Source: Asterionella formosa (taxonomy: Eukaryota). From it: DNA of 64,000 nucleotides. Below the pieces are notes generated by a model that worked only from the letters and a program-made list of their open reading frames with translations, was not told where the DNA came from and did no database searches. The first letter of the stretch is position 1, and every line of letters starts with the position of its first letter. The stretch spans positions 1 to 64,000 of the forward strand of contig NKIB01011728.1 of assembly GCA_002256025.1 (NCBI GenBank), in the 5' to 3' direction. Positions 45,200-59,072 of this stretch are shown in pieces. Made by a program: the position numbers and the translations under genes.

Positions 45200-47300
45200 A
45201 ATTCAATTACTTACCGACATTTTCTTGGCCCAGTTTGCGCAGTCTTGCAAACCCAAGCTGGCCACACTGGATGCACATATAACATTTTCTTGGGTGTTGG
45301 CCAATACAATATCCACAGTAGGTAGCTGATCATCATTGATCCTACGCATAACAGTATGACCAGGCACTTTGCCTACATTGAATGGACAGAGTGCGCTGCT
45401 TTTCCTTTGATGATCATTGCGGCCACCATGATTGCAGACATTTGTTTCTTTCCTTCTTGTTTCCTGATGTTCCCTTCTGAGCGCCACATCAGAACTGTAA
45501 GTCTTACCTGATTTGTTGTCTTGCCTTTCCTGTTTGACTGTTTCAAATTGTGCTGCATGTAGTTTTTCGCTTCGTTTCCTCTTTCATTTGAATTTTGCTT
45601 TATAGGCTCCATCATCACTTTGTCGCTTTTCTTTTCGTCTCCAGAAGAAGGATTCTTGCAGTGCTGACATCTGCATTCCACAATACTCGTATACATTCCT
45701 TTTGTGTTACCCAGCAACCAAAGCCACTCGATATTGAAGGCCTCCAAATCCCGCCAACACCTTGTTTTTTGGACATCGTCACAACACTGCATTGTTAATT
45801 GCCTCATTAATTTGCATGTCAAAGGGATGATGCAATGATAGCAGCTTTTCGCCTTCGAGTTTCGTTGCAACATGCAGCATTAACCATTCATACAATTTTT
45901 TTTCCTTTTCCTTGTCATGATATTTTCCGTTACTAACCATTTTTCCTGCTTTTACAGGGCACCACGTCTCAGAGCAGTAATCGTGGCAGCCAAATAAATG
46001 GTTGATTGGTGCCTTGGTGGAATTGCTAAATTCGGCCAGAGAGAAGTTCCGCTTTTTAATCCAAGCGCCATAGTAAACTTTCAACCGGAGACAATCTGTT
46101 TATGGGGGACGCTCGAGGTCAAGGGAGGAGACTGGGCCATTGGATTTCATAAAAGCTGGGCGGAGAAGGACCTGTATTCTGTGGGATGGGTCAGACAAAA
46201 ATGTAGGTTCAGGTACAGTCAGTGGAAGGCATGATCCATTGTCCGATTTTTTCAATCATTTCAATGTTCTTGGCCATTGGAAGGATAGCTTATTCTCAAT
46301 AACTCCTTATAGGAACACTTAGAAACAGCTTGAATAGCAGAATCATCATCACAGATGATTGTAGAGTAGATAACATTGGTTTTCATTACTTCATCAGCAA
46401 TCATCATTTCCACTCTGGCATCTGGTTCCATTACTTTCGAACTACCAGTTACATGATTCTTGGGACAAACATGTTCCTTGATTGGTTTCTTGTACTGTGT
46501 AGCCCTGTTGCACACATTACAGACCTTAGATTTCACTCTGTAGTCTACTATCTTTTTCGTTTAGCCGCCAATGCAAAAAGCATGTCCACTTACAGAGTTG
46601 TACTTGTTCCTGCTGGACTGCGCGCTGCTACCAAACCATCATATTGTAACTAGGAGTGATTCAAGGCATATTCAGTACAGACAAGCGATCCGTACCAGTC
46701 AGACTGTTCCACCACTGAAAATCACGTCCTTTGTCAGCCCAGTCTCCTCGTTCATGCACATTGAGTGTCAGATATTTTTCCTCCTGACAAGCCTCTTTCA
46801 TTGCAAGAGCGGTTGCAGTAACTTCAGCGTTTCCGACCAGTTCCTTTAATACAACAAAGTTACCTTGCGTAGACCAAAATCCAAAGATAAATGGAAGATT
46901 CTTTGCAGAGCAGATGATATCTCTCTGCATCTGCCAGTCCCGTTCCGGCTTCGTGACAACCCAAAATAAACTGTTTGTTGATAGAAAAGATTTTTGCTTC
47001 TATTGCGTTATTTCTTATCTCATCATTTCTGTCTCCCCTGCTGTTGCTTCCTACAGATTCGAGTTTAGAAATAAGTTTCTGACAGGTCAAACAAGAGACT
47101 TTGAATTCGCTTGCCAAGCAATCAACATGATGTTGGTGGGTAGGGACATATGCAGCACTCTAAGTCGCCATGTTTCCTTTGTTTTCGTTGATTTGGTTGT
47201 TTTATCGAATGTGTGATGAAACGCTTTTTCTTCGTGTTCGTGTGTTTGCACTATTACCATCTGTTTTTGAATTCTACATGCAAGAAGCTCCAAATTCACT
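45200..47300 (-). mobile_element. Decayed Mutator-like transposase
   Basis: Frameshifted fragments SKVCNVC...HVCPKNHVTGSSKVME, IICDDDS, DPSHRI, NHLFGCHDYCSETWCP, QINEAINN in the expected order. Confidence 0.8.
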
Positions 47301-48299
47301 CAGTTATCACCATCATGCCAGACAGAGAAACTATTTACCAATTAATATTCTACTATTGTGTGCCCTATGAATTTATTTTATACCCTGTTGGATATACTGC
47401 TGCTACTCGGAGTAGCAGTTAAATCCATAGATTTAAGTTCCAGCACATACCTACATCCGTATTGGTCACATTTATCTCCACCATACTGCGTCTGTTAACA
47501 ATAGAATGACTCCACCAGAGGTATATTGTAATAATCCTCTGCTACTGATGAAAGGGCTTTTGTGTTGTATATAGGGAACAATATTGTTAGTTGCTAACAC
47601 ATATCATACATTTATGAATAATTATACCGGTATATATTCTATTTATAAACTTGCTATAGAAAACAGGATGGATCTCGGTCGTGTATGAAAATGTTTCATG
47701 AGGACTGATGAGGACCACATTTTGAGAAATTACGAGCAATTATATTTTTTATTCAGTGTACTGGTACACCGATATCCTTACAACAGGTACAGTTAAAGGG
47801 AAAATACCGTTGGTACTCCACCTGGTACGTGCTAATCGTTATGTAAGAGAAGATTGAAGTTTAGTCCAATATATAATGACTCCACATGGACCCTCCACAT
47901 CAAAAGTCGCTCCACATTGGGGGTTCAGCCAGTCATAATATCTCCACATGTAGGTAGAATTTTTACATGTGTGATGGTGCTGCAGGTTTACATCGTGACA
48001 TATACTAGTAGTTTTTGTTGAATATATGAGCTAATTACTTAATTCTTGTGTGCAACTTGATCTCCTAGGCTGACACTAAAGTATTTAAATAGGTGTTAGT
48101 CGAGTTCTCTCCTGTTAGAGTTCTGATATATCTATGTAAACCTACTAACCCTATAGGTGTGTCTGTAGTTGAGCTAGATCGCTCACTCTCCCAAATCAAG
48201 GGAAAACCTTTCACCAAGTAAGAAAAGGTTTGATACGACGAATATTATTGTTTCACAATTAAGATTTAAATTACATTTGAACTAACTAAAAATTGCACT

Positions 48300-51200
48300 T
48301 GTGCCTTGGCTGGTAGACACATTACCGCTTTCACGTCTATTTCTTCCAAACCCTTGGGACGCCAGCCGTGAATTCTTTGTCATAATGGGGCGAGGCGAAG
48401 CCGAGCTCCTTCCAAGGTTCCAACAGCATGTGTTCGATACCACGTGTGGTTGACTGCCATATTTACTCATTCAATCCACTGTCGTTTTTGAGACATGCAT
48501 AGAGTGACGACGTATGTGTATTTCCACAGGAAGACGGAAAAAAGATTTATCTTCCTCGTGCACTTTCCCTTGATCTTTTTCGAATCTTATCATTGACCTC
48601 TTTGGTAATCTTTGCAATTCGTTCCTCCGCTGTCTTTCCATATAGTTCCTCATTGAGATGGATCCAGCTGTCGATTCCGACTTGCCATATTTCTTTTATT
48701 ACTCGCACACTCCAATTTCCCCTGTCTTTTGAGGCACCCATGCATGTCTTTAGCTGTTTGAAAGGCCGTGATGGCCTAGTTGCGGCTTTTGCTGATCCTC
48801 CCTCTAAAGGCCTGACCCCAGCCAATATCTATTTGATTCTCAAATGCCTCAAAGGTTAGCCGTCCCACAACATCCGTTTCAAGGGTTATTAGGCCTACCC
48901 ACCTCTCTGGTTCAAATTTGAGCCAATGTTGCAGACCTTCCTTAATTTTTTGTGTATTATACTGGCATGAATTCAAACTATCCTGTAAGACCTTCTCTAC
49001 AAAATGCGTGACCAGAAGATGTCTATTTGATAATGCATCTGGGAATCAGAGTATGTGATTCACGCCCTCGTTTAGTCGTTTGGACCAAAAGCACCTGTTG
49101 TCAACCACTGTATGGTTGTATTTGGAGCTACGCATAAAAGTAGCCAGTAAATCAAATTCTAATTTTAATATTGTCATTTTCTTCGATCCCCATACCTTTT
49201 GCCATGCCAGATTGCGAGCTTCCCAGTCAACCAAATCAAAGACAAAACGAGTGTCCCATCCTGGTGCGCATTTCATTATGTATTGTACCATTTCTTCTCT
49301 GTACATCATTGTATATCTTATGGCCAACGAAAGTTGAGTAGTAATTTATTTGGAGCCAATTTGTAGAGAGGCTTTATGTCCTGGGGGAAGCTGATATACC
49401 TGTGATGTTTTAGCACATTTTATACAACTCCTCACTTGTGCAGCTTGATGATCACAATCGCAATTTAGTTTCGCCTTGCTTCCATGATAGTTGATCATAT
49501 GATTTTTCGTCATCTTGGTGAGCCTTAGTATGGTGTGGAAACAAATCAATATTTAGTTCTTCAGCAAGATGCATTGACAGTTGCAAAATATCATAATCGG
49601 TGCGAAGTGTGCCAGATGGCCCCCATATTTCCACCGCTTTTTGATCTGAGATATCAGGGCTGAGTTATCTATTTATATATTCAGAGATATTCTTTTACCT
49701 GGCTGGAGTAAATGACAGCTCAACCATTAAAAGATGAGAAATGGCCGCCATTCCACCCAAAAGTCCACCTATCTCTGCGCGAAGTGAGGACATTTCTTGG
49801 CCCCCGCTTGGAACCCATCCATGACCATATGCCTGTTATTTGGTTTTGCGATCATGTAACTTCCACCCATGAGTAGCGCTTGCAGGAGTGGCTATAAGGA
49901 TCCATCCAATGCCAGAACCACTGATCCAGATACCAGACTTTCTCTGAGCGAAGTTAAGGATATCTGACGGGAAACATGATCTCCCATGGCCTGTGTCAAA
50001 AAATTTCTATGTATACTTGATAGAGACTGTATTTCCCATGTTAAAGCCATAAGGCGCATTGGCTTCTCTTCCTTCTTGGTCATCTTGATGACTTGGACCC
50101 CCGGTAGTACCTGCAGGTAGACCTGTTATCTCATAGTACTCTTCCGACTTTTTATTTATAGATACAGGAATTAGACATTGGGGCCGGTTGAATATAACAC
50201 TGTAGGTGCGAGAATATAAACTCTCAGAGAGGCCTTTGGGATGTACTAGGTATATCCCTTCACTTGTCTGTTTTATTAAACGTTGGTTCATTGTATCTAG
50301 GTGAAAGCACCATTTCTGATGTCTGTGGACCTGTGGAATTCATGTTCCAAGTTTCACTTTTAAGTGATAGGTTGCCTTATTAACACATAGGCACCTTATG
50401 ATTGTATTCTTTGATACCCACCATGCCAGAAGAGTTGGTCATGCCTGTTTCAATTTTAATAACTTGTAAGAATAACCGGCAGGCATTCAATCTTTTTCAT
50501 TCCTTGGGCTGTAAATGCAAGTGGTTGCTATTGAAAATATCCAAAAAATAAGGCATCTGTCATTTATCCTCTGGGGTTTTGATTCCCACTCATCTTCAAT
50601 GTGTATTGTAGCTTTCAGGTAATTAATAAACTTCCATACCAATGTTGTCCAATTGAATTCGATGTATTTCATGGACAGGGCAATGGAAAATTGAAATGGT
50701 TTGCCCAACACCCCCATTTGTAATTGTAAATGCTCAAGTAAAAGTATAAATAAGCTGAGCAATCTTGTCATTGTGGCGCATATGGCCCAAAAACATTTGT
50801 AGTTGTGCAATTCCTTGATCTGTGTAAGCGTCTGTAAAGCCATATGCCCCCAATTTCAGCGGGCCAAAGAATAGGAGACGTTTGGTCATTTTATTAAAAC
50901 CCATCCTTGTTAACAAAGTTGGTAAACACGACCGATCTATTTGTTGGCACTGTTGGACACATAGTGGATACTTCATCGCCGGACAAAGCATGGTCTAATA
51001 TGCTAGCAAAACCTCGTGGCATTTCAGTGTGGAAGCCGAAATGTTCAGACTCATTGTTTTCCCTTTTGCTACCAATTTTTAATCCCTGTGGATGAAATGG
51101 GAGCGAAAATTCGCCCATGTATGGTCTGTTGCGGTATGGTCACGCCAAGTCTAAATACTATGAGCATAAACACCAGCCTCTTCCAGTGCAGAAAGAGTCA

Positions 51201-51420
51201 ACCGCATGACAGTGCTGTTGGAAAAGGGCTCCCCACTGGCATCGCCAATGGTACGGAGATGTTTGATGCCGACCTATAAGGTCTCAATAGGTTCATCGGG
51301 TGTCCAAGCATCAGCAAAACACATGTGGTTAAATCCTAGATCATCAGCACTCAAGGTGGCATAAGTTGTCTCTAAATGAGCAAGTAGATATCTCTTTTTT
51401 TCCAAGAATGTTGTAGTACA
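48300..51420 (-). mobile_element. Decayed non-LTR retrotransposon (RT C-terminal region + RNase H)
   Basis: Fragments PAMKYPL...MGFNK...FGPLKLGAYGF...QGIAQ, LQLQMG, DGS...SSLRAEIGG...HTKAHQD...LNCDCDHQA (RNase H-like), QIDIGWGQAFRGRIS; many stops and frameshifts. Confidence 0.8.
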
Positions 51421-52072
51421 TAGGTCGATGGCTGCTGAAATTTTGTTGTCTGTAAAATTTGTTGTTTAAGAGCTTTGCAGATGTGAGAATAACGGCGGAA
51501 GTGCATCAACCTTTTTAAAAAATTCTACAAGGGATAACTGCACTTTCTCTCCAGAAGTTAACTCCTGATGTTTATAGGGTATATGGCTATCCATTTTAAT
51601 CTTGATGAAACCAGTAAACGTTGAGCAATTATCTTCCAAAAAGTCGACTTTTAGTTTCAGCACAATTACCACAACCTGCAGGTACGACTCCAGTAACAAC
51701 ACCAGGTACCAGTAGTCTAGTGAGCAATGATCAAATCTAGAAAAGTGTCAGTAAATCCAGATCATGTTTAGCAACTGGAACAACAAATCATCATCAGTTG
51801 ATAAGAATAATGGCTGGATTACTAAATAAGTTAAGCAAGTTTGAAATCGAAAGCCAGTCTATCCCACCCAGCATACATGGAACAAATCATTGGGGATGAG
51901 TCAAAATTGAAGGTGTGCATAGAATGTGTGATACCAGACCTTCTTGATGACTAAGATGTGACATGTTGTGTTTTGGTGCTTCAAAACATGACAGCAATGG
52001 AATGTATTCTTTGGAATACATGATGGTCATTTCTGTCATTCCAACTAATTAAATGCAGCAGATCATTAAATC

Positions 52073-54192
52073 CTAAAGCTGGTCAATTCCAACTATGGGA
52101 TTAGGATGTTGTGAAGCTGCATCAAGTACAGCCTGTGCCTTCTGCAATTCCCAATTTTCGATTCGCTTTTCCACAAAATGCAAAGGTTCTGACAGCTTGG
52201 ATGCGAAAAACCGAGCCATATCCAAATCACCTCTTTCTCCACATTCAGAGATCAACATGGTCAGTGTCTTGTTACTCACATTTAAGCCGACATCCAGGGC
52301 ATCTAGAACAGCACTTTGTGCTGCATCAAATTCACCCAGGTTGCCAAGAGTATGGACATAATAGTGCAAGGTGTGATGATTTATCACCACATCCTTTTCA
52401 GTCATGGTATTGATCAACCATTCTGCAGCAGTATAATATTTTGCGAGCAATGAGGCACTTGTTTGCATATCTCCTCCACTTGCTTTCGACAACGCCTCCA
52501 TCATGTACGAATACGTGTCTTCGTCAGGATCCAATTGGTATTTAGTGAAATCATCAAACATGGCGAAGGCTCGGTTCACTTGACCGAGTTCAGCATACCC
52601 AGAACAGACCATATTGAGTGTCGAGACAGTAACCCTGGCACCTTCCACGCGATCACTAGCAACATTGATATGGGCGTGATCTACACGACCTATACTGAAG
52701 CGCAGCGATCTGGTCACACTTCGAATCAATGCACGACTTGGTTTAAATCCCCTAGCTTCCATATCACCCAATGCAGAGAAGCAATTTAAATCTTGTTTGT
52801 ATCCCATAATGAAAGCAGTGACGATGTTTTCGTAGATTGTTTCGGAAGGTTGCACACCTTGAGCTTCAAGAATATCCCATGCTTTCAGACAAATATGATA
52901 CCGTCCTCGCGTAGCGGCTGCTCCTGTAATCATTTCCAAGGTGCCAATATCAACTTGATAATTACTGGATTTAGCTTGCAGCTTGTTTACAGCTTCCATA
53001 GCCATCATTGTCGCATCGAAGTTGTTGAAAGGGAACAATTGTTGCAGTACGCCGATTGCTGTCTGAAACTTTGGTTTATGACCTGTCAAAACCAAAAAGC
53101 AGTACACAGAATAAATAATTTTGAAATCAGACACAATCCAACCTACCAGCAGTGTCAGTCCATATTCTAACGCTTACCTTCTTGAACACACATGTGCAAC
53201 AACTCGTGATAGGGTAGCTCATTTTTACGAGTGTACCGTGCAAAAGACATGGCTTCTTCCATTTGTTGAACATTTAATGGAAAGTTATTTTGCCTCATGA
53301 ATTCGTACAGTTGATGGGCCTTGTAGCCAATCATTGGCACCTTTTGTTTCACCATCGAGACGAGCAGACGAGGATACAAACGCTTCTGAACATCGACATC
53401 GAATGTCATGATCTTGAACCGAAGTTTCGTGACAAACCTTTCCAGCATGTGGTCTTGTCCATGTTTCCTGTGGTCCAAAATACCAACGGCGTCGCAGAGT
53501 TGTTCGTACAATTTGACACTGGGTGGTCCGTGCGAATGCTCCAAGTGGGTCAAAATTTCTTGGGCCTTCATTGGGTCTGTCTGGCATTGAAGTGTGAATA
53601 GTGCGTTGAGAATTTTTGCGCTCATTTTTACGCCTCTTTTTAAACACTGACCGTAGGCATTCATAGCCCAAACATCTTGTTTTCGATGTATGGTATTCTT
53701 GAGGCGTTGAAGCAAATCTGCTTTTTTGAGCCCTTCTGCAGGAGAGCCTTTGGCGGATGTCGATTGCTCCTGCTTAGCTAGTACAATTCTATTCATGGTT
53801 ATTTCTTCTGCACTCTGCATTGATTGCTTTTCTAGAGCTTCTTTTTCCACCTCGTCCAGGTTTCCGCCTTGTGTGTCATCGTCTACTGCATCAACAGCTT
53901 GAAACGGGACTGTCGGTGTCATGCCCGACTCAACCATCAGTTGGGGCCCACCCAGGGATAACTTCCAGGGAGATTCCACTGCACAATTCAGCGTATCTAT
54001 GAATTTCAGTATCTCCATACGATCGATAGGACGAGTTGTTTCATGGGAAGCTAATGATGACTGAAGTCGTTGACCATCATAATTCCCTGCAGAGTGAGAA
54101 TGGGGATGCATCGTTGCGTTGTATCGCAAAGCCGACGCTACTGACCTCCGAACTATCGTATTGAATAGTCCTTGGCGTCGTAAATGCATCAT
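52073..54192 (-). CDS. PPR-like helical repeat protein, probably mitochondrial (intron 53083-53177)
   Basis: Arg-rich transit-like N-terminus; 35-aa PPR-like units (TLNMVCSGYAELGQVNRAFAMFDDFTKYQLDPDEDTYSYMMEAL); a GTAAGC...ACAG intron joins the ORFs. Confidence 0.85.
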
Positions 54193-54729
54193 TTGGCGTA
54201 TTATGCTTTGGTGACCAGCGACGTGAAGTGAGATTGATGGACGGGGATGAGGCGGGGGTCAAGCGCCTGTTTTGACTTTTTGGGTTTCGTTGACTAATGA
54301 AATAAACATGGCTTTATTTAGCATTTTGTCACACGACATTTAGTATGTAAGGAGAATATTTAATCATTATTTTTTGATGGGTACTGGTAGATAAGATAAT
54401 GGTCTGTTATTTGATGGTGTGCGTGGTACCTATTACTTGGTACCCTGGTACCGGTACAGTAGGTAAAATAGATCCCGGTAGCAACGTATATACCGATATG
54501 GATATACCGCCCGGTGTACTCGGAGTACCAGGTACCAGGTACTTGTACCTGGTGCAGTATACTAACTGTTTATGTACCGGTATAATGACGGGAGGTGATC
54601 GAGCGATTGGAAGGCTGCTTGGTTGTGCTCATAACCCCACAATCTGACAAAGAGATAGATGAACATACCGGTAGGAACAATAGGAACAATATACTTTCAG
54701 TGTTTAGGCAATTCCTATGCTGTATCTGA

Positions 54730-55045
54730 CTCTGGTCATACATGGTCAACCTGTCAAAGCAAAAATGTAGCCTATGCCCCTGACAAAGGCCTTTGAAAGG
54801 AATCCTAAGTGGAGAGGAAGTATCACCCTGGTGAGGAGCGAGCCAGGACTCAGCTGGGGTGTAGATTGTCCAGAGTGATAATGATGAGAAACCTTTGAAA
54901 ATGAAGCAACACAGTTGTCTATGCAAGTATGATCATGGCATTTCAGAGTGGACCATTTGGATACATATGCATATGGTGCCAGAAACACACAGAGTTTGCT
55001 GATGAAAATGCAAAAGAAGCATGGGACAAGTTAGTTCCTATGATA
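54730..55045 (+). mobile_element. Copia gag relic
   Basis: Broken frames AK.VAYA..K..KGILSGE and NTVVYASMIMAF...EFADENAKEAWDKL resemble CoDi-type gag and the gag start at 1-127. Confidence 0.5.
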
Positions 55046-55533
55046 TACTGTTCTCAGAGTATGAGTCAGATAATATGGCAAGTGTGATTGGCTGTCAATG
55101 TACTTACTGGTAGTTGCCATTCAACAAATCAGCAGTGGACAAAATGCACACCAGCCAATTATTGAAAATGAGAACCAGGATATTTGGGTTTTGGAGTGCT
55201 GGGACAGCAGAATTCTTCGAGAAAAATGTGTTCGAGGGCGGAACAGCGTGTCATGGAGGGGACGAGACACCATGGAAATTATTTGGTTCAAAACTCTTTT
55301 TTATAAAATATAGTTTTCCGGTAGATACCGTGTATATAGTTCATGAAGCAGGGTACCTGGTACCACCAGTTGCCGGTACCAAATTAATCAAAAATGAAAA
55401 TTGTATATATCATTCCTCATGTACTAACGGTACATGCCATAATCTCTTGAACTTTGCTTGCAACGTTGGCTTGACAGAATCACCAATTCCTGTGCATAGG
55501 TACAGTAATTAAAAGGTATACACGCAAGAATTC

Positions 55534-56181
55534 ATGTGGAAAGCAGGCCAAGGAGTAGTTAGGACACACTTGGGTCGATCCAGCTTGCTTCGAAGCAGCG
55601 GCGTCATGCTCAATACCAGGATGGTCCCTACGCCGGCGTTTTGTCAACCCGTTATTGAAACCTATCACACCATGATAGCAGGATCTTGTCATTGTCCTTC
55701 CTGTGAACGATGTATGGCCAATCAACGATGTTTCAGTACTGACGGCGAGGAGAAGGGTCACCATTCTATAATTTCGCACTCCGATATGGATTTGGCTGTT
55801 CAAGCGGTCGCTGAAGAACACACTGGGCTCACAAATCTTCCAGGTGCACAAAAAGGAGGCAGAAAGCTTGCCATTGTTTTTACCTGTAAGGTTTGCAACA
55901 CCCGGTCCGCTAAGCAGTTTACTGAACAAGCGTATCAGCATGGTGTAGTCATGGTGCGGTGTCCAGGGTGTGAAAACTATCATTTGATCGCCGATCGACT
56001 GGGCTTCTTTCAAGACGAGAGTTGGGATATTGAACAAGCCATGGCCGCATTGGGTGATACTGTTAAGGCTGTTACGAATGATAATGTGTTGGAGTTGACA
56101 GTTGATGACCTAATGGGAGAGGAAAAGATGAAGGAATTTCGGGATAGGCACGGACAACCGCAAGGTGAACAAACGAAATGA
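55534..56181 (+). CDS. DNLZ: DNL-type zinc finger Hsp70 escort protein (Hep1/Zim17-like), mitochondrial
   Basis: FTCKVC...AYQHGVVMVRCPGCENYHLIADRLGFF. Confidence 0.92.
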   Translation: MWKAGQGVVRTHLGRSSLLRSSGVMLNTRMVPTPAFCQPVIETYHTMIAGSCHCPSCERCMANQRCFSTDGEEKGHHSIISHSDMDLAVQAVAEEHTGLTNLPGAQKGGRKLAIVFTCKVCNTRSAKQFTEQAYQHGVVMVRCPGCENYHLIADRLGFFQDESWDIEQAMAALGDTVKAVTNDNVLELTVDDLMGEEKMKEFRDRHGQPQGEQTK

Positions 56182-56335
56182 AAACAGGCGTCATTAAAAT
56201 TATGCACATAGATTTCCTTTCCTCTTATTTTTTATAACAGCAATTCCAAACTCAGATAAATTGTAGCTTCGAATTTGATTAAAGCTAGAAAGTAGGTTGT
56301 TTAGAATCGTTATTCAGAAAAATGAAAAGTTACCA

Positions 56336-57166
56336 TTACGCCAAAGCAAAGGCTTCAACGACTGCACCTCCGGCATTCACAGCACTAGTGATGGAGGGAT
56401 CCACTGCCGATAGAACCTTTCGCTCCGTGTTGGGAGAACTAAGCGCCTGGACGACTAGGGCAGCAACGTCTTCACGGTGGATACTTCCAATGGCCATCCT
56501 GTCTTGGGTCAAAATAGCAGCACCTGTGGCAGGCTCTGATTTCAGTCCCCCCGGTCTGATAATGGTCCAGTTCATGTTGGTATAATACTTAATCAAAAGA
56601 TTCTCTGCTTTTTCCTTTGCAGCCAAGACTTCTTTGAGGACCTCAAAGACTGCAGGTGGTGCAGCTTCCTTGCTAGATCCACATCCGATACTGGTTACCA
56701 AAACAACACGGGTAACTCCGAGAATACCAGCAGCCTCGATAACATTCGAGTTTCCGTTGTAGTCCACTCGGTTTCCGCCATCCTGTGTGGAACCGCCGAG
56801 AGTCGAGATAGCAGCCTGGCAGCCATACATTGCATTCTCGACAGTCTTGTAGTCAAATGCATCACCTTTGACAGCAGTCACTCCCTCAATTGCATTTAAT
56901 TCAGTAACAGCTTCATCCGATCGTACTAGGGCAACGACTTGAGACCCATCAGCGATCAACTTGCTAATGATGGAGCGTCCAACTCCCCTAGAGCCACCAG
57001 TCACAAAAACTTTAGGATACAAAGTCGCCATCATTTGGAGGGACCCAGACGAACTGGCCAAAGTCTTCAGGTTAGTCTTGCTTACAAAGGCTGGCGTGAA
57101 AGCAGCCACTTGGCTGAACAGAAGAGAGGAAATCAATAGTCGGATGGTGGTCATCATAGACATCAT
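56336..57166 (-). CDS. Plastid NAD(P)-binding atypical SDR (Tic62-NAD/flavin-reductase-like)
   Basis: Presequence VAA-F; VTGGSRGVG, VLVTSIG, KEKAE, WTIIRPGGL, IHREDVA; probable start at 57166. Confidence 0.88.
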   Translation of the reverse strand: MMSMMTTIRLLISSLLFSQVAAFTPAFVSKTNLKTLASSSGSLQMMATLYPKVFVTGGSRGVGRSIISKLIADGSQVVALVRSDEAVTELNAIEGVTAVKGDAFDYKTVENAMYGCQAAISTLGGSTQDGGNRVDYNGNSNVIEAAGILGVTRVVLVTSIGCGSSKEAAPPAVFEVLKEVLAAKEKAENLLIKYYTNMNWTIIRPGGLKSEPATGAAILTQDRMAIGSIHREDVAALVVQALSSPNTERKVLSAVDPSITSAVNAGGAVVEAFALA

Positions 57167-57362
57167 GGTGAACAAATAATACGGAAGTGGATGTTTTGGA
57201 TACCATGTGTTCACAACACTTGTGGTGACATGGAGATATGTTGACTTTTCTACCGTACTCGTAATAATTATTGATGTCAAGCAAGTTGAAGTGCGTCGTG
57301 CGTTTTGCGTCGACCAAGCTCTGTGTACAATGTATACTCTGAATATTGCATATGTAATGGAA

Positions 57363-57572
57363 CTGGTACCAGGTACCAGGTATCATACTCCGTACCACTG
57401 GTAAATGGACTTCGGTGTATCGGTACCTGGTACCAGTTGGTACCACCAGGTACCTGGTACCTGGTACCTGGACCTGATTACCAGCCAGAGGTACAGTACC
57501 TGGTACCAGGGTACCAGTACCAGGTAGCACCGGTCGAATACCGTTATGCTGTACCCGGTGCCTGGTACCAGG
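57363..57572. repeat. Dense GGTACC/CCAGGTACCTGG motif cluster
   Basis: More than ten ggtacc sites in ~210 bp upstream of the SDR gene. Confidence 0.9.
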
Positions 57573-57724
57573 AGCTGATAGCATGATTGAATGATCCTCT
57601 TCCCTGGGCCTTATATAGTCTCTACATACCGGTAGAACATGTTTGCTGGCCGTGGTCATTTCCGTACCTGACACAAACTTGAAGTAACAGGTACCTGGTA
57701 TTCCCTTCGTCAAATATTAGGTAC

Positions 57725-58691
57725 GGTAGTTGCATCGATAAGTCAAATTTATCCGGGGACATTTTGACTCCTACGATTTTCTCCAGCTCCATTGCCCTAT
57801 TGAGCGGCTTGCTCTAAGCTACATATCCATGTAGCTAAACAATAAATATAGAAAGATTAAACTTGGCAACTACCTTGGAAAAGAATGTTTTTCGGCTTTT
57901 CGACTTCCGCTATTGTGACATTGTGCATCTCAAGCAAAATGCAAATGCCTGACCCCCATTTTTCCTGACCAAAACCTCTTCTTAACAAGCATATGAGAAA
58001 GGATCTTACACCAGAAGAGCATCAACTTGTGTTGGAGTATCATGGTTGACAGAACCTCAAAAAGGACCTGATGGAGGTGAAGAAAAGGATGGTTGGCTTG
58101 TTTTAGTAAATGGAACCATTAAAAATTTGGCAGGACAGTTCAAAGTATATAAAAACTGTACAATGCAGTATATGAAACCACCTGCTTGAATCCTATTATA
58201 ATGGTGATACTAGTACTAGTGATGTGTTTGCACTGTTTTCCCGCAAATTCCGTGCTGGCCAGCATCCTCGCAAATACAATCTTGAAGAAATAATTGCAGT
58301 AATTAGAGATATCCCATACTATCACAAACATACAATTTATTGTAAATAAGCAGCAGCTCTTGCACTTCCGAAGTCAACACTTATTTGGATTGCAAAGGAT
58401 AATAGAGATAATGTACTAGTATGATCGCACACAAGTGAGGTCAAGCCAAAGCTTAGTACAGTGGAGGGTAAGATTAGTTGTTTTAAGTATCATTGTGTCA
58501 ACCATATACAATTAAACCAACTAGTAGATCAAGAGCATCCTTACAAGCTGACGCTCTTCTGGAGTGAGATCCTTTCTCAAATGCTAGTTGAGAAGAGGTT
58601 TTGGTAAGGAAAAATGGGGTCAGGCGTTTGCATTTTGCTCAGATGCACAAAAGCGGAAGTTGACAAATGTTTTTTTCAAATGTAGTTGCCA
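57725..58691 (+). mobile_element. Decayed mariner-like (plant/stramenopile type) element with an inverted copy of its 5' region
   Basis: Broken frame MRKDLTPEE...RKFRAG..PRKY...IRDIPY...AAALALPKSTL...HTSEVKPKL (mariner HTH region); 57864-58030 is inverted at 58543-58691. Confidence 0.65.
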
Positions 58692-59072
58692 GTACCAGGT
58701 AATCTATGTAAACATACAAATAATCATAAAACATGAATACAAGTGCCATATGTACTGACAATAACTATTGGTATACATGGGATGTTTCGGGTGCATGTCA
58801 AGTAATTACTGGTATTCAAATTGACCCTGATGCACAATGTTGTACAGCTTGTCCAACTTTACAAAAAGGCTGAAATGTAATGGGAAATATCAGAATAAGT
58901 GACTCTGATGTGCTACATGCATGAATTGTCTCAAAATGGATCATCTTGGTTGAGACTGGGGAATACAATTTCATGTCTTATTGCCTCACTAATGGCACAC
59001 TGCGTAATAGGAAAGGCACCTGTTGATCCCCAAACAATGCGGCTCATACAAATTATCGGCACATGTAACTGC

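Noticed and set aside
47705..47735. Hammerhead ribozyme (CTGATGAG...GAAA)
   Set aside because: No stem II pairing or flanking helices
57072..57713. ORFs rich in VPGT/WYQV (also near 4.1-4.9, 17.3-17.9 and 54.4 kb)
   Set aside because: Translation artefacts of the GGTACC motif clusters
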